A stretch of DNA of 11,227 nt from an uncultured Arcobacteraceae bacterium (GTDB lineage: Bacteria; Campylobacterota; Campylobacteria; Campylobacterales; Arcobacteraceae), in contig CAXHZO010000031.1 of the NCBI GenBank assembly GCA_964022095.1, forward strand, positions 1-11,227, written 5' to 3'. Positions 8,087 to 11,227 of this stretch are shown piece after piece (the stretch's first letter is position 1; each line of letters begins with the position of its first letter). A model generated the notes under the pieces. That model worked only from the letters and a program-made list of their open reading frames with translations, was not told the DNA's origin and searched no databases. A program made the translations under genes and the position numbers.

Positions 8087-8688
8087 TATAACTCTTCCTT
8101 TAAAAACTCAAATACTTCTTTTGCCATAATCTTATGACCTTTTTCATTTGGATGTATTCCATCTGCTTGATTTAAAGATTGCACTCCTGCAACTCCTTTT
8201 AATAAAAAAGGCATATATTTTAATTTATATTTATTTTTTATATTTATAAAAATATTTTTGAAATCCTTACTATAATCAGGACCGTAATTTGGAGGTATTA
8301 ACATCCCTGCTAGTAATACTTTTGCACCTGATTTAAGTGCATAATCAACTATTAATTCAAGATTTTTTTGACTTTGATTTAAATTCAAACCTCTTAATCC
8401 ATCATTTGCACCAAGTGCAATGAAAACTATCTCAGGCTTTTTCTTTAAATACCATTTAAGTCTTGATAAACCATCACTTGTCGTAGAACCACTTACTCCA
8501 CCATTTATTATATTAACTTGTTTGTTTAATTTTGTGTTTATTAATTCTTGCACTAAATTAGGGTATGCATTTTTTTTAGATACTCCTAAACCTTCTGTTA
8601 ATGAATCACCTAAAAATAGTATAGAATTGTTGTTTGCATATAATATATGAGATGTAAGTATAAATAGGATAAAAATTGTCTTCTTCAT
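8086..8688 (-). CDS. tesA: Exported SGNH/GDSL hydrolase (arylesterase / acyl-CoA thioesterase I / lysophospholipase L1), TesA-like, 200 aa
   Basis: Signal peptide-like MKKTIFILFILTSHILYA; blocks FLGDSLTEG, NGGVSGSTT, LGANDGLRG and DGIHPN; GMLIPPNYG as in TesA. Confidence 0.9.
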   Translation of the reverse strand: MKKTIFILFILTSHILYANNNSILFLGDSLTEGLGVSKKNAYPNLVQELINTKLNKQVNIINGGVSGSTTSDGLSRLKWYLKKKPEIVFIALGANDGLRGLNLNQSQKNLELIVDYALKSGAKVLLAGMLIPPNYGPDYSKDFKNIFINIKNKYKLKYMPFLLKGVAGVQSLNQADGIHPNEKGHKIMAKEVFEFLKEEL

Positions 8689-8694
8689 ATTTTT

Positions 8695-8723
8695 ATCTTA
8701 TCAGAAGAAAAATATCATGTCAA
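8695..8723 (-). promoter_or_regulatory. Sigma70 promoter of the tesA-ybbA-ybbP-selO unit
   Basis: Minus strand: TTGACA (8723-8718), 17-nt spacer ending in TG-A, TAAGAT (8700-8695), 6 nt, then ATG (8688). Confidence 0.7.
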
Positions 8724-8744
8724 TTTATTTTGAAGTGTTTTTGC

Positions 8745-8774
8745 GTATAAACTAGACAAAAGTCTAGTTTATAC
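8745..8774. terminator. Perfect 13-bp hairpin downstream of glnS, probable terminator or 3' stabilising structure
   Basis: GTATAAACTAGAC (8745-8757), 4-nt loop, GTCTAGTTTATAC (8762-8774); 6 nt after the glnS stop; only a short U-run. Confidence 0.6.
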
Positions 8775-8780
8775 TATAGA

Positions 8781-11045
8781 TTAAGAGTTTAGTTTTTTGC
8801 CAACTAGTTCATTTACTACTTTTGGATTAGCTTTTCCATTTGTAGCTTTTAAAACTTGTCCTATAAAAAATCCAAATAGCTTTTGGTTTCCAGCTTTATA
8901 TTTTTCTACATTATCAGGGTTTTTTTCAATAATTGTATCAATTATTGGAGATATTATTCCTGGATCACTTATTTGAATAAGTCCTTTATCTTCAACAATT
9001 TGCTTCGGTTTATCACCACTATTAGACATTTGTTCAAATACCTGTTTAGCAATTTTACTTGAAATAATCTCTTCATCTACCATTTTAATTAATTGTGCTA
9101 TTTCAACTGCAGTAAATTTTAACTCAGCTTCATTTTTTTCTTTTAGTTCTTTAGCTACATCATTTGTAATAATATTAGCTAAACTAACAGGGCTATTAAG
9201 TTCATTTAATGCTTTTTCATAAAAAGAAGACAGTTTCTCATCTCTTGCTAAAATATTAGATACTTCACTGTTTAATTTTAATTCATTAGTGTATCTTTCA
9301 AAAAGAACTTTTTGTTCATTACTTAATGGTTCAGCTTCACCATGGATTAACTCTTTAGTCTCTTTTTTTAGTATTTTAGTAGTATCTTTTTTATTTTGTT
9401 TATTTGTTGTTTTCGCCCATGAATCTTTTAATCCAACAATCTTATTAAATACTGGTCTTTCATCACTATAATCAATAGGATCAGCGTAGAAATAACCTTG
9501 TCTTTCAAATTGGAAACGCTCATCAATTTTTTCATCAATTATTGCAGGTTCTAATAGAGCATCTTTAATAATAGTTAAAGAATTAGGATTTAAATCTTCT
9601 AATCCTTGTGGTGCTTCACAATTATAAAGTCTATCATATAGTCTAATTTCTGCTTTTTTTGCAGATTCTCCACTTACCCATTGAATTGCACTTTTTACTT
9701 TTATCCCACTAGTGTCACTTCCACTTTTTGAATTTGGATGATATTGTGCAATTATTTCAGTGATATTTCCTTCTTTATCTTTTATAACCTCTTTACATGA
9801 AATTATATAACCATGTCTTAGTCTAACAGGTTGGTCAGGAGTTAATCTATAATAACCTTTAGGAGGAGTTTCATTAAAGTCTTCTTTTTCTATATAAATC
9901 TCTTTTGAAAAAGGAATTTTTCTTGTCCCTTCTTTTGGCACGTCATGAGGATAGTATGAAGCATCAATCTCTTCATTACCTTCATAATTTTCTATTGTTA
10001 CTTTAAGTGGATCAAGTACACACATAACTCTTGGTACTTTTGTATTTAAATCATCTCTAATACAAAACTCTAATTGAGAAACATCAACCATAGAGTTTGC
10101 TTTAGCAATTCCAATTTGATCACAAAAATTTAAAATTGATTCAGGTGTATAACCCCTTCTTTTATATCCAGCAATTGTAGGCATTCTAGGATCATCCCAA
10201 CCACTTACATAACTTCCTTCAACTAATTCTAAAAGTTTTCTTTTACTCATAACAGTATAGTTGATTCCAAGTCTTGCAAACTCATGTTGATATGGTCTAG
10301 GAGGCTTTAATTCTAATGTATCTAACACCCAGTTATAAATATCCCTATTATTTTCAAACTCTAAAGTACATATAGAGTGAGTAACTCCTTCAATATAATC
10401 AGATAAACAATGAGCAAAATCATACATAGGATAAATACACCATTCATTACCAGCTCTAAAATGATGTGCATGTCTGATTCTATATAAAAGAGGATCTCTC
10501 ATTTTCATATTTGCTGCACTCATATCAATTTTAGCTCTTAATACATGTTCTCCATCTTTAAATTCACCATTTTTCATTCTTTCAAAAAGTTCTAAGTTCT
10601 CTTTAATACTTCTATTAGCAAATTTACTTCTTCTTCCAGCTTCAGTTACAGTTCCTCTGTATTCTCTCATTTGTTCTTCATCTAAGCTATCTACATATGC
10701 TTTCCCCATTTTAATAAGTTGTATTGCATAATCATATATTTTAGAAAAGTAATCAGATGTAAAGTAAACATTCTCACCCCAATTAAAACCAAGCCATTGA
10801 ACTGCATCTTTTAATGCTTCTACATATTTAGTATCTTCTTTTGTTGGATTAGTATCATCCATTCTAAGATTACAGTAACCATTATAATCACGTGCAATAC
10901 CAAAATTTATACAAATAGACTTAGCATGACCAATATGTGGAAAACCATTTGGTTCTGGTGGAAATCTTGTAATAACGTTTTTATATTTTTCAGATTTTAA
11001 ATCCTCTTCTACTATAACACGTAGAAAATCTTTGCTCTCGCTCAT
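8781..11045 (-). CDS. glnS: Glutamine--tRNA ligase with C-terminal GatB/YqeY-like domain, 754 aa
   Basis: TRFPPEPNGFPHIGHAKS (HIGH), RMDDTNP, IYPMYDFAHC, THSICTLEF, VMSKR, GWDDPRMPT, FQFERQGYF; C-terminal ISSKIAKQVF..GLIQISD..YKAGNQKLFGFFIGQVLKATNGKANP resembles the GatB tail; SD-like AAAAGG upstream. Confidence 0.96.
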   Translation of the reverse strand: MSESKDFLRVIVEEDLKSEKYKNVITRFPPEPNGFPHIGHAKSICINFGIARDYNGYCNLRMDDTNPTKEDTKYVEALKDAVQWLGFNWGENVYFTSDYFSKIYDYAIQLIKMGKAYVDSLDEEQMREYRGTVTEAGRRSKFANRSIKENLELFERMKNGEFKDGEHVLRAKIDMSAANMKMRDPLLYRIRHAHHFRAGNEWCIYPMYDFAHCLSDYIEGVTHSICTLEFENNRDIYNWVLDTLELKPPRPYQHEFARLGINYTVMSKRKLLELVEGSYVSGWDDPRMPTIAGYKRRGYTPESILNFCDQIGIAKANSMVDVSQLEFCIRDDLNTKVPRVMCVLDPLKVTIENYEGNEEIDASYYPHDVPKEGTRKIPFSKEIYIEKEDFNETPPKGYYRLTPDQPVRLRHGYIISCKEVIKDKEGNITEIIAQYHPNSKSGSDTSGIKVKSAIQWVSGESAKKAEIRLYDRLYNCEAPQGLEDLNPNSLTIIKDALLEPAIIDEKIDERFQFERQGYFYADPIDYSDERPVFNKIVGLKDSWAKTTNKQNKKDTTKILKKETKELIHGEAEPLSNEQKVLFERYTNELKLNSEVSNILARDEKLSSFYEKALNELNSPVSLANIITNDVAKELKEKNEAELKFTAVEIAQLIKMVDEEIISSKIAKQVFEQMSNSGDKPKQIVEDKGLIQISDPGIISPIIDTIIEKNPDNVEKYKAGNQKLFGFFIGQVLKATNGKANPKVVNELVGKKLNS

Positions 11046-11087
11046 TATTATTAAACCTTTTGATTTTGTAACTATTTTAAGAAGTAT

Positions 11088-11110
11088 ATTTTATCAAATT
11101 TGAGCTTATA
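11088..11110 (-). promoter_or_regulatory. Putative extended -10 promoter of glnS (TATAAG-N11-TAAAAT)
   Basis: Minus strand TG-A-TAAAAT (11096-11088) preceded by TATAAG (11110-11105), 42 nt upstream of the glnS ATG. Confidence 0.5.
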
Positions 11111-11176
11111 TAATATGAATCACTAAAAACCCAATATAAGTATAGTAAAAAGGCAAGAAAGAGCCAAATTCTAAAA

Positions 11177-11209
11177 CTTAAGCCAAATTTAAGCCAAAAC
11201 CCCTTGACA
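11177..11209 (+). promoter_or_regulatory. Direct repeat plus -35 box of a divergent promoter whose -10 and gene lie beyond the window
   Basis: TTAAGCCAAA at 11178-11187 and 11189-11198 (11-bp period), then TTGACA at 11204-11209; a 17-nt spacer would put the -10 start at 11227, the last base (T). Confidence 0.55.
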
Positions 11210-11227
11210 AAGCGAAAAAAACCTATT

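Noticed and set aside
8420-8650. Plus-strand 76-aa ORF
   Set aside because: Antisense to tesA, with no recognisable motif or convincing SD.
9289-9471. Plus-strand 60-aa hydrophobic ORF resembling a small membrane toxin
   Set aside because: Antisense to the Lys-rich glnS linker; AAA codons read as TTT on the other strand, which explains the hydrophobicity.

Overview
Very AT-rich bacterial chromosome segment, most consistent with Campylobacterota (Arcobacter-like), inferred from the HQWRQPL kinase H-box, extended -10 promoters and a GlnRS-YqeY fusion. The + strand carries two tandem tRNA-Asn(GTT) genes (the first truncated by the window edge) and their terminator, an orphan PAS-GAF histidine kinase, a 130-aa hypothetical protein and a DjlA-like TerB/J-domain co-chaperone. 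The - strand carries glnS with a C-terminal GatB/YqeY-like domain and a tightly coupled four-gene unit, tesA-ybbA-ybbP-selO. I found no integrase, transposase, CRISPR array or att duplication. Most notable: (i) a divergent, Cys-rich SelO AMPylase appended to a co-oriented TesA-YbbAP type VII ABC transporter operon; (ii) the ATPase signature reads LSGDE, the equivalent of CFTR G551D; (iii) the operon and the kinase both look leaderless; (iv) a CTTAAG-N5-TTTAAG direct repeat sits upstream of a TTGACA at the right edge. All calls come from reading motifs by eye; no searches were run.
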